Positions 18,185 to 28,005 are shown, counted from the first letter of the stretch. The stretch: DNA of 64,000 bases from an uncultured Eubacteriales bacterium (GCA_902801845.1 CADCJW010000002.1:399612-463611), one strand, 5' to 3'. Program-made: numbers and translations. The notes: generated by a model from the letters alone, not told the origin.

Positions 18185-19339
18185 ATGGAATATCGGGAAA
18201 CCATACCTTTGAAGGACGGGCGGACCTGCGTCCTTCGCAACGGCACGGAGGCGGACGGCAAGGCCCTGCTGGACATCTACCTGCTGACCCACGAGCAGAC
18301 GGATTTTCTGCTGAGCTACCCGGACGAGGCGGGCATGACCGTCCAGCAGGAGGCCCAGTTTTTGAAGCAGAAAACCGAGAGCCCCGACGAAATCGAGCTG
18401 CTGGCGGAGGTGGACGGATCGGTGGTAGGCGCCGCCGGCGTGGGCCGGGTGGGCGGCAAGGTAAAGGTCCGGCACCGGGCGGACTTCGGCATCAGCGTCG
18501 ACGAGCGGTACTGGCATCTGGGCATCGGCCGGGCGTTGACTCGGGCCTGCATCGCCCTCGCCAAACAGGCGGGCTACGAGCAGCTGGAGCTGGAGGCCGT
18601 GGCGGACAACGAACGGGCCCTGGCCCTCTATCGCAGCGAGGGGTTTCGGGAATACGGCCGAAACCCCAAGGGCTTCAGGTCCCGGCTCACGGGCTGGCAG
18701 GAGCTGGTGCTCATGCGGCGGGAGCTGAGGGAACCGGCGGCCAGGGAACCGGAGGCGGAGGAAGGAAGCAGCGCCCTCGTCCAGGCGGCCATGGCCTATG
18801 TGCAGGACCTGTTTCAAAACGACTTCGGCGGCCACGATGCGGCCCACACTCTGCGGGTGTATCATAACGCCCTGGCCATCGCCGAGGCGGAGCCTCCCTG
18901 CGACCGGGAGATCGTGGCCCTGGGGGCCCTGCTCCACGACGTGGACGATCACAAGCTCTTTGCCACCGAGAACAACGAGAACGCCCGCCGGTTCCTGACG
19001 GCTCAGGGCGTGGATGGAGGCCGGATCGAAGCGGTCTGCCGGGTGATCAACGCCGTTTCCTTCAGCCAAAACCGGGGCCGGCGGCCCGAGACCCCCGAGG
19101 GCCGGATCGTCCAGGACGCGGATCGGCTGGACGCCCTGGGCGCCGTGGGCATCGCCCGGACCTTCGCCTACGGCGGGGCCCATGGCCGGTCGCTGGAGGC
19201 GTCCATCCAGCACTTTCACGAAAAGCTCCTGCTCCTCCGAGACGAGCTGAACACGGACACGGCCCGAAGGCTGGCCGAGAAGCGGCACCGGTTCCTGAAC
19301 GCGTTTCTGGCGGAATATGGGGAGGAGACCCGGGCGTGA
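18185..19339 (+). CDS. GNAT N-acetyltransferase - HD phosphohydrolase fusion
   Basis: N-half YWHLGIGRAL, DNERALALY..EGF; C-half GHDAAH, LLHDVDD, VQDADRLDALGAVGIAR. Confidence 0.85.
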   Translation: MEYRETIPLKDGRTCVLRNGTEADGKALLDIYLLTHEQTDFLLSYPDEAGMTVQQEAQFLKQKTESPDEIELLAEVDGSVVGAAGVGRVGGKVKVRHRADFGISVDERYWHLGIGRALTRACIALAKQAGYEQLELEAVADNERALALYRSEGFREYGRNPKGFRSRLTGWQELVLMRRELREPAAREPEAEEGSSALVQAAMAYVQDLFQNDFGGHDAAHTLRVYHNALAIAEAEPPCDREIVALGALLHDVDDHKLFATENNENARRFLTAQGVDGGRIEAVCRVINAVSFSQNRGRRPETPEGRIVQDADRLDALGAVGIARTFAYGGAHGRSLEASIQHFHEKLLLLRDELNTDTARRLAEKRHRFLNAFLAEYGEETRA

Positions 19340-19884
19340 AAAGCGGAGACCGGCTGATCATCGACCGGGAGGTCTACGTCGTCTTCCAACTTTTGGGCCA
19401 CGGGAAGGGCGGATACTCCTATCTCGCCGAGGACGGGAACGGGCGGCGGGTGGTGGTGAAACAGATCCACCACGAACCCTGCAGCTACTATACCTTCGGA
19501 GACAAACTGGCAGCGGAGCTTTACGACTATGAGCGCCTGAAAGCGGCGGGGATCCCCGTGCCAAAGCTGCTTGCCGTGGACCGGGCGGCGGAGCGGCTGG
19601 TGAAGGAATACGTCGACGGCCCTACCGTCTTCGAGCTGGTCCGGGACGGGGCGGCCGTGGAGCCCTATCTGGAGCAGGTGCGCGCTATGGCGGCCCGGGC
19701 CCGGGCGGCGGGGCTGAACATCGACTACTTCCCCACCAACTTCGTAGCGCAAAACGGCCGGATCTGGTATATCGACTATGAGTGCAACGAATACATGGAC
19801 CAATGGAGCTTTGAGAACTGGGGCGTCCGCTACTGGTCGAGGACGCCGGAATTTGAAAACTATCTGAAGGAGAACGCCACATGA
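19336..19884 (+). CDS. small protein-kinase-like fold protein
   Basis: LGHGKGGYSY glycine loop, VVKQ, DYFPTNF catalytic loop, YIDYE. Confidence 0.7.
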   Translation: MKSGDRLIIDREVYVVFQLLGHGKGGYSYLAEDGNGRRVVVKQIHHEPCSYYTFGDKLAAELYDYERLKAAGIPVPKLLAVDRAAERLVKEYVDGPTVFELVRDGAAVEPYLEQVRAMAARARAAGLNIDYFPTNFVAQNGRIWYIDYECNEYMDQWSFENWGVRYWSRTPEFENYLKENAT

Positions 19885-20564
19885 AGATCTTAGTGTTCAA
19901 CGGCAGTCCCAAAGGGGAAAAGAGCGACACCATGCACGTCACCCGGGCCTTTTTGGAGGGGATGGCGGCGGCGGGGGAACAGCAGGTGAAGATCATCACC
20001 GCCGTGGAGCAGCACGTGGAATACTGCACGGGCTGCTTCAGCTGCATGCACAACGGGGGCACCTGCATCCACGACGACGACATGCGGGGCATTTTGGAGG
20101 AGATACTGAAAAGCGACCTGCTGATCTTCAGCTTCCCCCTCTACTGCTACGGCATGCCCGCGCCGCTGAAGGCCATCATCGACCGCATCCTGCCCCTCAG
20201 TAAGATGACCATGGAGAAGGTGGGCGACCGGTACGAGCACGTGGGCCAGGCGGACTATTCCCATCTCAGATACGTCATGATCTCAGGCTGCGGCTTCCCC
20301 AACAGCCGGCAGAACTTCGAGCCCGCGGTGGCGCAGTTTAAGCTCCTCTTCCCCTGCGATCACACCATCCTCACCGTGCCCGAGAGCCCCATGTTCAACG
20401 CCCCCGAGGCAGCGGTGGTCACCGTGCCCCGGCTGCAGCAGGTGAAGGAAGCAGGGCGGCAGTACGCAAAGACGGGCAGGATCGACCCCGACCTCCTCTC
20501 CGCCATCTACTCCCCCATGATCCCTGAGGCGCAGTACGCGGCCATCGTGAACGGGGAGGCGTGA
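19881..20564 (+). CDS. flavodoxin-like NAD(P)H-dependent FMN reductase / iron-sulfur flavoprotein family
   Basis: FNGSPK, CTGCFSC...C.HDDDM, SFPLY.YGMPAPLKAIIDR. Confidence 0.88.
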   Translation: MKILVFNGSPKGEKSDTMHVTRAFLEGMAAAGEQQVKIITAVEQHVEYCTGCFSCMHNGGTCIHDDDMRGILEEILKSDLLIFSFPLYCYGMPAPLKAIIDRILPLSKMTMEKVGDRYEHVGQADYSHLRYVMISGCGFPNSRQNFEPAVAQFKLLFPCDHTILTVPESPMFNAPEAAVVTVPRLQQVKEAGRQYAKTGRIDPDLLSAIYSPMIPEAQYAAIVNGEA

Positions 20565-20567
20565 TCC

Positions 20568-21524
20568 ATGACCATACGGACGAAACAGTTTCAGCTCCTG
20601 ACCGATGCGGAATTGGCCTGGGAGCTCATGACGGACGTGTTCACTCCCGACGAGTGCAACGGCCCGGCGGCTCCCTTTTTCGAATACGCCCTCACTTCCT
20701 CCTGGCAGGACAAGACCTACCTGCGCCTCGATCGGTTCTGGCTGGACGGGGACAAGCCCGTGGGGTTCCTGTTCTATGAGGACGATCCCAATCGGCTCCA
20801 CTTCGTCCTCCGTCCGGGGTACGAAGCCCTGGCTGGAGAGATGATCGACTATGGTGAGACCGCCTTTCCCGCCTTCGGTGAGCCCCGGGAGCTGATCTTG
20901 AACAGCGGTCAACGTTCCCTTATCCAGGCAGCGGAGGCGCGGGGGTACAGGGCCGTGGATCGGGAGGAATACAAGGTCTTCGATTTTCGGACGGGGAAAC
21001 TGGATCATCCCCTGCCGACAGGCTACCGTTTCGTGGACCCGGGCCGGGTGGACCCCCTCAAAGCCGCTCGGTGCATGTGGGAGGGATTCAACGAAGGCCG
21101 GGGTCCTTTCACCGGTTGGGAGATCCCCGGCACCGGCCCTCACGAGCTATATCAGAGCGTTCTGGGCGCCTCATCGGCCCCCTCCCCCCACGCCACCTAC
21201 GAGCGCACCGTGGTTATTGCCGATGAGAATGGAGACTACGTCTGCTTCGCGGGTATGTGGTGGGTGGAAAAGAACAAGCTTGCCTATCTGGAGCCCCTGT
21301 GTACCGTCCCCGAGCATCGGCACAAGGGGTTGGCCGCTGCGGCCCTATCCCAACATGACCGGCTGCTGCGGCCCCTGGGCGCCCGGATCATGACCGGCGG
21401 TGTCAGCGACTTCTACCGCCGAATCGGCTACCGGGACGCCATTATGACCCTGCATTTTGCGAAGGAGCCGGAAAATGCGCTGTGTGACTTCGGCTTCCCC
21501 GGGACAGATTTGAGCAGAGATTGA
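20568..21524 (+). CDS. GNAT family N-acetyltransferase
   Basis: AYLEPLCTVPEHRHKGLAAA, FYRRIGY. Confidence 0.82.
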   Translation: MTIRTKQFQLLTDAELAWELMTDVFTPDECNGPAAPFFEYALTSSWQDKTYLRLDRFWLDGDKPVGFLFYEDDPNRLHFVLRPGYEALAGEMIDYGETAFPAFGEPRELILNSGQRSLIQAAEARGYRAVDREEYKVFDFRTGKLDHPLPTGYRFVDPGRVDPLKAARCMWEGFNEGRGPFTGWEIPGTGPHELYQSVLGASSAPSPHATYERTVVIADENGDYVCFAGMWWVEKNKLAYLEPLCTVPEHRHKGLAAAALSQHDRLLRPLGARIMTGGVSDFYRRIGYRDAIMTLHFAKEPENALCDFGFPGTDLSRD

Positions 21525-21583
21525 CAGGGCAGGTATCCCGGGGCCTGGTATACTGAGAACAGTCAAAGGAAAGGAGACGGCCC

Positions 21584-22477
21584 ATGGAATGGCTCACCGC
21601 GATCCGCGGGGCGGTATCGTATGCGGAGGATCACCTGACGGACGACGTCAGCCTGGACGACGTGGCCCGGGCGGTACACCTCTCCCCCTTCTTCCTGCAG
21701 CGGGGCTTTTCGCTGATGACCGGCTACGGCATCGGCGAATATCTCCGAAACCGGCGGCTCTACCAGGCGGCATTGGACCTCAGGAAGACGGAGGAAAAGG
21801 TCATCGACGTGGCCCTTCGCTACGGCTACGAGACCCCGGAGAGCTTCACGAAGGCCTTTGCCCGCTTCCACGGCGCCACGCCCACCGAGGTGCGCAGCGG
21901 AGCGGCCATCCGGGCTTTCCTTCCCCTGACCATCCAAATCCACATCCAAGGAGGCAGCAAAATGGAACCTAAGATCACCCCCATGTTCCCCTTCAAGCTC
22001 ATCGGCTTTCAAAAGGAATTCACCTATGAGGAAGCCTATAGCGAGATACCCAGGTTCTGGAATGAGACCTGCGAGAAGTACGCCAACAACGTCTACGCCG
22101 GGAACCCGCCCGCCAACCCCTACGAGCAGGCCCTCATGGACAACTGCATCGGCGAGTACGGCGTCTGCATCGACGATCTGGGCGGCGGCCGGTTCCGCTA
22201 TCTGATCGCGGGCAAGTACACCGGCGGTCCCGTGCCCGAGGGCATGGTGCTCTACGAGTTCCCTCGGCATGCGTGGGCCGTGTTCGACTGCGTGGGCCCC
22301 AACCCCCAGACCCTCCAAAGCGTCAACACCCGCATCTTTCAGGAGTGGCTGCCCGGAAACCCGGACTATGAGCTCTCGGGCAACGCCACGGTGGAGTGGT
22401 ACGACTGTCTGCACGGGGAAATGACGGACGCCGACTACCACAGCGCCATCTGGGTCCCTGTAAAGCGGAAGGATTAG
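21584..22477 (+). CDS. AraC family regulator with GyrI-like effector domain
   Basis: N-terminal double HTH (VALRYGYETPESFTKAF..FHG.TP); C-terminal GyrI-like domain (IFQEWLP). Confidence 0.92.
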   Translation: MEWLTAIRGAVSYAEDHLTDDVSLDDVARAVHLSPFFLQRGFSLMTGYGIGEYLRNRRLYQAALDLRKTEEKVIDVALRYGYETPESFTKAFARFHGATPTEVRSGAAIRAFLPLTIQIHIQGGSKMEPKITPMFPFKLIGFQKEFTYEEAYSEIPRFWNETCEKYANNVYAGNPPANPYEQALMDNCIGEYGVCIDDLGGGRFRYLIAGKYTGGPVPEGMVLYEFPRHAWAVFDCVGPNPQTLQSVNTRIFQEWLPGNPDYELSGNATVEWYDCLHGEMTDADYHSAIWVPVKRKD

Positions 22478-22554
22478 CCTCCGGCTTCCCCCCGCTCCGC
22501 CGGCCGCTATCGGGCCGGACCCGGCGCAGACGGGGACCCTCGGTCGAAAAGCGC

Positions 22555-22602
22555 TTGACAAGTAAACGATCGTTTACTATACTATGGGTAAACGATCGTT
22601 TA
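22555..22602 (+). promoter_or_regulatory. sigmaA promoter with two copies of a palindromic TetR operator
   Basis: TTGACA 22555-22560, TATACT 22578-22583; AGTAAACGATCGTTTACT 22561-22578 and TAAACGATCGTTTA 22589-22602. Confidence 0.85.
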
Positions 22603-22620
22603 TTATTTTTGGAGGCGACC

Positions 22621-23223
22621 ATGGGAGACACGAAGGAACGGATATTGCTGACCAGCCTGCAGCTGTTCGCCCAAAGGGGGTACGCGGCGGTGTCCGTCAG
22701 CGACATCGCCGGGGCCCTGGGGATCACCAAGGGGGCCCTGTATCGGCATTTCGAGAGCAAGCAGGCCATCTTCGACGCCATCCTCGCCCGCATGGAGCAG
22801 CGGGATGGGGAACAGGCCCAGGCCCACGACCTGCCGGAGGGGACCGCGGAAACCGATAAAGCGGCCTACGAAGCCGCCACCGTGAGCCATATCGTTTCCT
22901 TCAGCCGGGACATGTTCCGCTACTGGACGGAGGACCCCTTCGCCGGCCCCTTTCGCCGGATGCTGACATTGGAGCAGTATACGACCCCTGAGATGGGTCG
23001 GCTCTACCAGCAGTACCTGGGGGCGGGGCCCATGGGCTACGTGGCGGACCTGTTCGCGGCCCAGGGGCTCACCGACCCGGCGCGCCGGGCGGCGGCCTTC
23101 TACGGGCCCATGTTCCTCCTCTACAGCGTCTATGACGGGGCCACGGACAAGGAAGCGGTGACCGCCCTGCTGGATGAAACCTTGGAAAACACAGCAAAAA
23201 ACCTGTTAGGAGAAGAGAAATGA
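22621..23223 (+). CDS. TetR/AcrR family transcriptional regulator
   Basis: TKERIL...LFAQRGY..VSVSDIA..LGITKGALYRHFESK. Confidence 0.92.
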   Translation: MGDTKERILLTSLQLFAQRGYAAVSVSDIAGALGITKGALYRHFESKQAIFDAILARMEQRDGEQAQAHDLPEGTAETDKAAYEAATVSHIVSFSRDMFRYWTEDPFAGPFRRMLTLEQYTTPEMGRLYQQYLGAGPMGYVADLFAAQGLTDPARRAAAFYGPMFLLYSVYDGATDKEAVTALLDETLENTAKNLLGEEK

Positions 23224-23852
23224 AAGAGAACATCATCATTCGCCGGGAGCGTCCGGAAGACCATTTCGCCGTGGAGAACCTGGTGCGGGAGTCCTTTTGG
23301 AATGTGTACCGCCCCGGCTGCCAGGAGCATTTCGTGCTCCACCGGCTGCGGGAGGACCCGGCCTTCGTGCCGGAGCTGGACCTGATCATGGAAAGGGACG
23401 GCCGGCTCATAGGCCAAAACATGTTCATGCGCGCCCATATCGAAGCCGACGACGGGCGGCAGATCCCCATCTTCACCATGGGCCCCATCTGCATCGCCAA
23501 CGATCTAAAGCGCCAGGGGTACGGAAAGCTCCTGCTGGACTATTCCCTGGAGCAGGCGGCCCGGCTGGGCTGCGGGGCCCTGTGCTTTGAGGGGAACATC
23601 CTCTTTTATGGGAAGTCCGGCTTCACCTACGCCCGGGATTTCCACATCCGCTACCACGACTTGCCCGCGGGGGCGGACGATTCCTTCTTCCTGTGCCAGG
23701 AGCTGGTCCCCGGGTATCTTGCGGGTGTCGCCGGCGTCTACGGCCCGCCGGAAGGGTACTTCGCGGCGGACAAGGACCCCGAGGGCTTCGAAGCCTTCGA
23801 CGCCCTCTTCCCGCCCAAGGTGAAGCTGAAGCTTCCCGGCCAGCTGGTGTAA
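23220..23852 (+). CDS. GNAT family N-acetyltransferase
   Basis: IRRERPED, MGPICI...KRQGYGK.L, FYGKSGF. Confidence 0.88.
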   Translation: MKENIIIRRERPEDHFAVENLVRESFWNVYRPGCQEHFVLHRLREDPAFVPELDLIMERDGRLIGQNMFMRAHIEADDGRQIPIFTMGPICIANDLKRQGYGKLLLDYSLEQAARLGCGALCFEGNILFYGKSGFTYARDFHIRYHDLPAGADDSFFLCQELVPGYLAGVAGVYGPPEGYFAADKDPEGFEAFDALFPPKVKLKLPGQLV

Positions 23853-23942
23853 GGAAAAGCGGCGGGCCTCTCCCCCATCTTGCCAGGGGCGGGAAAAACC
23901 GGTATACTGATAGAAATATCGGCATACGAGGAGGAAACAGCC

Positions 23943-24407
23943 ATGTTGACGGCAGGCATGCAGGCCCCGGATTTCGCTTTATGGGACAAGGACGGGAAGC
24001 TGGTCCGCCTTTCGGACTTTTTAGGCCGGAAGGTGGTCCTCTATTTCTATCCCAAGGACAACACCCCCGGCTGCACCCGGCAGGCCTGCGCCTTCGCCGG
24101 GGCCTACGACGCCTTTCGGGAAAAGCAGGTGACGGTGATCGGCATCAGCCGGGATTCCGTGGCCTCCCACGTGAAGTTCGCGGAGAAGTACGCTCTCCCC
24201 TTCCTGCTCCTCTCCGACCCGGAGCGGCAGGCCATCGAAGCCTACGGCGTCTGGCAGGAGAAGAAGAACTACGGCAAGGTGTCCATGGGCGTGGTCCGGT
24301 CCACCTTTATCATCGACGAAAAGGGCGTCATCGAGAAGGTCATGCCCAAGGTGAAGCCGGACACCAACGCCGCCGAGATCCTGGCCTATCTGGACGGTGG
24401 AAGGTGA
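23943..24407 (+). CDS. bcp: thioredoxin-dependent thiol peroxidase (BCP/PrxQ)
   Basis: YFYPKDNTPGCTRQAC, LLSDP, RSTFIIDEKG. Confidence 0.93.
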   Translation: MLTAGMQAPDFALWDKDGKLVRLSDFLGRKVVLYFYPKDNTPGCTRQACAFAGAYDAFREKQVTVIGISRDSVASHVKFAEKYALPFLLLSDPERQAIEAYGVWQEKKNYGKVSMGVVRSTFIIDEKGVIEKVMPKVKPDTNAAEILAYLDGGR

Positions 24408-24414
24408 GGCGCCC

Positions 24415-26181
24415 ATGATCGGATTCGGGATCGTCACGGGGCTGCTGTTCCTGCTGATGGCGGCGGTGCTGGAGCTGAACAAGAACACCCTGTTGGGCTT
24501 CGGCCTTTTGCTGGCCGCCACGGTGGGCTTCGTACTCCTGTTTTGCCGGGTGCTCCAGGGGGCCCGCTGGTACGGGAAGCTCCTGGGGTATCTGGGCTAT
24601 GTGGCCGTCTTCGCCCTGATCCTCTTTTTGACCTGGCCCCCCATCCGGGCCGTCCCCGCCTACGAGGGGAAAGCGCCGGTGTACACGGAGCCGGTCCGCA
24701 CCCGGCAGGGGGACGTGCGGGGCGTGGTCATCGCGGACGGGGCGGTGGAGCTCTACGCGGGCATCCCCTACGCCCAGCCGCCGGTGGGAGAACTCCGCTG
24801 GAAGGAGCCACAGGACCCCCTGCCCTGGGACGGGGTCCTCGACGGGGACCACTTCGCCCCCATGTGCATGCAGCCCACCCATCTGCCCATCTATGACAGC
24901 CTGGCCCGGATCATCGGCTATCACGACTATAGGATCTCCCTAAACGACAACTACCGGCCCCCGGTCAGCGAGGACGGGCTCTATGTGAACGTGTGGAAGC
25001 CCGCCGGGGCCGTGCGGGATCTGCCGGTGCTGGTCTATATCCACGGGGGGACCCTCCAGACGGGCCAGCCCTGGTACGCCGACTACGCGGGGACGGGCCT
25101 TGCAAAGCGGGGCCTGGTGGTGGTGAACCTGGGCTATCGGCTGGGGGTGTTCGGCTATTTGGCCGACGAGGGCCTGGCCGCGGAGTCGCCTCACGGCACC
25201 ACGGGGAACTACGGCCTTTTGGACCAGGTCAAGGCCCTCCAATGGGTGCAGCAGAACGTGGCCGCCTTCGGGGGCGACCCCGGCAACGTGACCTTGGCCG
25301 GGGAGAGCGCCGGGGCCGCCAGCGTCAGCGCTTTGTGCACGTCGCCCCTCTCACGGGGCCTGTTCCGCCGGGCCATATTGGAGAGCTCCACCCTGGCCTC
25401 CCGGGAGCCGCCCCACTCCTTCCGCAGCCTGGAGGAGGCGCTCGCCTCCGGTAAGGAGCTGAAGGCCCGCTACGGCGTCAGCACCCCCCAGGAGCTGCGG
25501 GCCCTGCCGGCGGAACGGATCGTGAACGAGGCCTACACCCAGCATCACATGACCCTGGACGGGTACGCCCTCACGGAGACCCCCTACGCATCCTATCAAA
25601 AGGACGTCCACAACGAGGAGGCCCTCCTCCACGGCTACAACGCGGAGGAGAGCGGCCCTTTCATCCTGTTCGCCCATGCCAACATGAAAAACTACGAGGG
25701 GAAGATCCGCGCCTGCTTCAAGGAGTACGCCGAGGAGGTGCTGGCCCTGTACGCCCCGAAAACCGATGGGGAGGCGGACAGCTTCTGGGCCCAGATCTAC
25801 GGGGCGCTGTTCTTCAACTACCCCCACTACTGCCTGAACCGGCTGGCCGCGAAAAACGGGGTCCCGGCCTGGGAGTATTATTTCAGCAAGACCAACGGCC
25901 GCCTGGGCTGCTGGCACAGCGGGGAACTGATCTACTTCTACGGGAACATCCCCGCCGATTCCCGGCTCTTCGACGAAAAGGACCGGGCCCTGTCCGAGAC
26001 CGTGTTGGGCTACGTCGCCAACTTCGCCGCCGCCGGGGACCCCAACGGGCCGGGGCTGCCCCCCTGGGCCGCGGACGACAGCAGCGCCACGATCCTGGAG
26101 CTGGGCGAGGACGTGGCCGCCGTGCCGGAGAAGTATCTGGCCCTCTACGCTATTATGGATAGGATGTACGGCTGGGAATAA
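24415..26181 (+). CDS. membrane-anchored type-B carboxylesterase
   Basis: GIPYAQPPVGELRW, SEDGLYVNVW, HGG, GNYGLLDQ, GESAG nucleophile; three N-terminal TM segments. Confidence 0.9.
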   Translation: MIGFGIVTGLLFLLMAAVLELNKNTLLGFGLLLAATVGFVLLFCRVLQGARWYGKLLGYLGYVAVFALILFLTWPPIRAVPAYEGKAPVYTEPVRTRQGDVRGVVIADGAVELYAGIPYAQPPVGELRWKEPQDPLPWDGVLDGDHFAPMCMQPTHLPIYDSLARIIGYHDYRISLNDNYRPPVSEDGLYVNVWKPAGAVRDLPVLVYIHGGTLQTGQPWYADYAGTGLAKRGLVVVNLGYRLGVFGYLADEGLAAESPHGTTGNYGLLDQVKALQWVQQNVAAFGGDPGNVTLAGESAGAASVSALCTSPLSRGLFRRAILESSTLASREPPHSFRSLEEALASGKELKARYGVSTPQELRALPAERIVNEAYTQHHMTLDGYALTETPYASYQKDVHNEEALLHGYNAEESGPFILFAHANMKNYEGKIRACFKEYAEEVLALYAPKTDGEADSFWAQIYGALFFNYPHYCLNRLAAKNGVPAWEYYFSKTNGRLGCWHSGELIYFYGNIPADSRLFDEKDRALSETVLGYVANFAAAGDPNGPGLPPWAADDSSATILELGEDVAAVPEKYLALYAIMDRMYGWE

Positions 26182-26223
26182 CCGGCGCAGGCTGTCGAAA
26201 AAGGCGGCAGGAGAAATCTGAAT

Positions 26224-26255
26224 GCCACCGGCAATCGAGCCGGTGGCTTTTTGTT
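26224..26255 (+). terminator. intrinsic terminator
   Basis: gccaccggc-aatcga-gccggtggc-tttttgtt. Confidence 0.75.
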
Positions 26256-26289
26256 GCAATTTGGGGAGAAAAATGATATGCTATCTCCC

Positions 26290-28005
26290 ATGAAACGGAT
26301 CATATCTATTTTGCTTTGCAGCTTCATGCTGCTGCTCCCCTGCCTGGTCCAGGCCGAGGAAACGCCCGTCACGCCCATCTCCTCCCTGGGGGATATGCGC
26401 AAGATCGCCCAAAACCCTTCGGGCCGGTACGAGCTCACCTGCGACATCGACATGTCTGCGGCGGAGACGCCCTGGACGCCCCTCCCCTTTTCCGGGGAGC
26501 TGGACGGGAAGGGGCACGGGCTCTACAACCTGCGGGTGAGGACCACCGGCGCGGACACCGCCGAGACCTATGACGGGAACTACAAGACCTATGAGACCGT
26601 CTTCGGCGGGCTCTTCTCCATCCTGGACGGGGCGCGGCTGTCGAATCTCAGGCTTGTGAACACCACCGTCTTCGTGGACACGGACCAGCACTGCTTCCTG
26701 GGAGCCCTGGCGGGGTTCGCCCAAAACGCCACCATCGAGAACTGCACCGTCCAGACCCGGAACCACCTGACCCTCACCTCCATCAACGCGGGCGTGGGGG
26801 GGCTGGTGGGCTTCTCCGTGGAGAGCACCTTCACGGGCTGCACCGTGGACGCGGAGCTCATCTTCACCGACATGAACACCGACGCCCTCTGCGAGGAGTT
26901 TTTGGGCGGGATCTATGCCAGCGGCTGCGGGGTCATCGACCATTGTGACGCCCGGGTACGGGGGTTCGCCGAGGTGTACGGGTACGCCCACAGTGGCGGG
27001 CTCATCGGCATGCACAAGCTCCCCAAAAAGAGCCAGTACAAGTCCTCCGTCTCCTATACCACCGCGGATACGGAGATCTCCTTCTTCGAGATCACCAAGT
27101 CCCGCCGGGCCTATTGCTCCCCCACCATCGGGGAGGACGCGGGCCGGCAGTGCAAGCGGCTGGAGATGATCACCACCCACTATGAAAAGTATGAGTCCCG
27201 CAAGGCCGAGTGGATGACGCCGGAGAAGTGTGAGTCCCCCCGGTACACCAGCGGGATCGTGGAACCCACCTGCACGGAATGGGGGTACACCGTCTATACC
27301 TGCACCGGCTGCGGCTACAGCTATAAGGACGAGTACACCGCCCCCGAGCACCAGTACCAGGTGGTGGAGACCGTGCCGAGCACCTGCACCGAGGAGGGGA
27401 AAGAGACCCTCCGCTGCTCCGGCTGCGGCGACAGCTTCAGCCGGGCTTTGCCCGCCGCCGGGCACAAGTATCAGGAGACCGTGCTGGAGCCCACCTGCAC
27501 GGAGGCCGGGGCGCGGGTGTTCACCTGCGAGGTCTGCGGCGACAGCTATTCGGAGGAGATCCCCGCCATGGGCCACGCGCCCGGGGAATGGGTCACCAGC
27601 CGGGAGCCTGAGATCGACGTGGAGGGCGAGGAGCAGCAGCTGTGCAGCATCTGCGGGGCCGTGGTGGAGACCCGGCCGCTGCCGCCGATCCCCTACACCC
27701 ACGCGGAGCGGATCCAACTGGACAGCGAGGCCCTGGCCCTGACCAGCGGGAGCACCGGGCACCTGGCCGCGGAGGTGTTCCCCGCGGACGCCACGGACCA
27801 CACCGTCAGCTTCACCAGCTCCGACGAGACCGTGGCCACGGCCCGGCCCGACGGGACGGTCCTGGCCGGGAAGCCGGGCACCGCCACGCTCACCTGCCTC
27901 AGCGCCGACGGGCGGGCGTCCGCCACCTGTGAGGTAACGGTGCGGTACACCACCTGGCAGTGGGTGCGGCATTACGTGCTGTTCGGATGGCTATGGGAGG
28001 AGTGA
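26290..28005 (+). CDS. secreted protein: GLUG-like beta-helix region, Cys/His-rich repeats, C-terminal Ig-like (Big_2) domain
   Basis: Signal peptide; ELTCDIDM..F.GELDGKGH, GGLVG; four PTCTE.G....C..CG..GH-type repeats; P.DATDHTVSFTSSDETVAT. Confidence 0.7.
   Translation: MKRIISILLCSFMLLLPCLVQAEETPVTPISSLGDMRKIAQNPSGRYELTCDIDMSAAETPWTPLPFSGELDGKGHGLYNLRVRTTGADTAETYDGNYKTYETVFGGLFSILDGARLSNLRLVNTTVFVDTDQHCFLGALAGFAQNATIENCTVQTRNHLTLTSINAGVGGLVGFSVESTFTGCTVDAELIFTDMNTDALCEEFLGGIYASGCGVIDHCDARVRGFAEVYGYAHSGGLIGMHKLPKKSQYKSSVSYTTADTEISFFEITKSRRAYCSPTIGEDAGRQCKRLEMITTHYEKYESRKAEWMTPEKCESPRYTSGIVEPTCTEWGYTVYTCTGCGYSYKDEYTAPEHQYQVVETVPSTCTEEGKETLRCSGCGDSFSRALPAAGHKYQETVLEPTCTEAGARVFTCEVCGDSYSEEIPAMGHAPGEWVTSREPEIDVEGEEQQLCSICGAVVETRPLPPIPYTHAERIQLDSEALALTSGSTGHLAAEVFPADATDHTVSFTSSDETVATARPDGTVLAGKPGTATLTCLSADGRASATCEVTVRYTTWQWVRHYVLFGWLWEE

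Noticed and set aside
21521-21554. TTGACA/TATACT pair upstream of the AraC gene as a canonical promoter
   Set aside because: Spacer is 22 bp; only the extended -10 is credible
15370-23852. Integron cassette array
   Set aside because: Genes overlap or abut with no room for attC sites; no integrase
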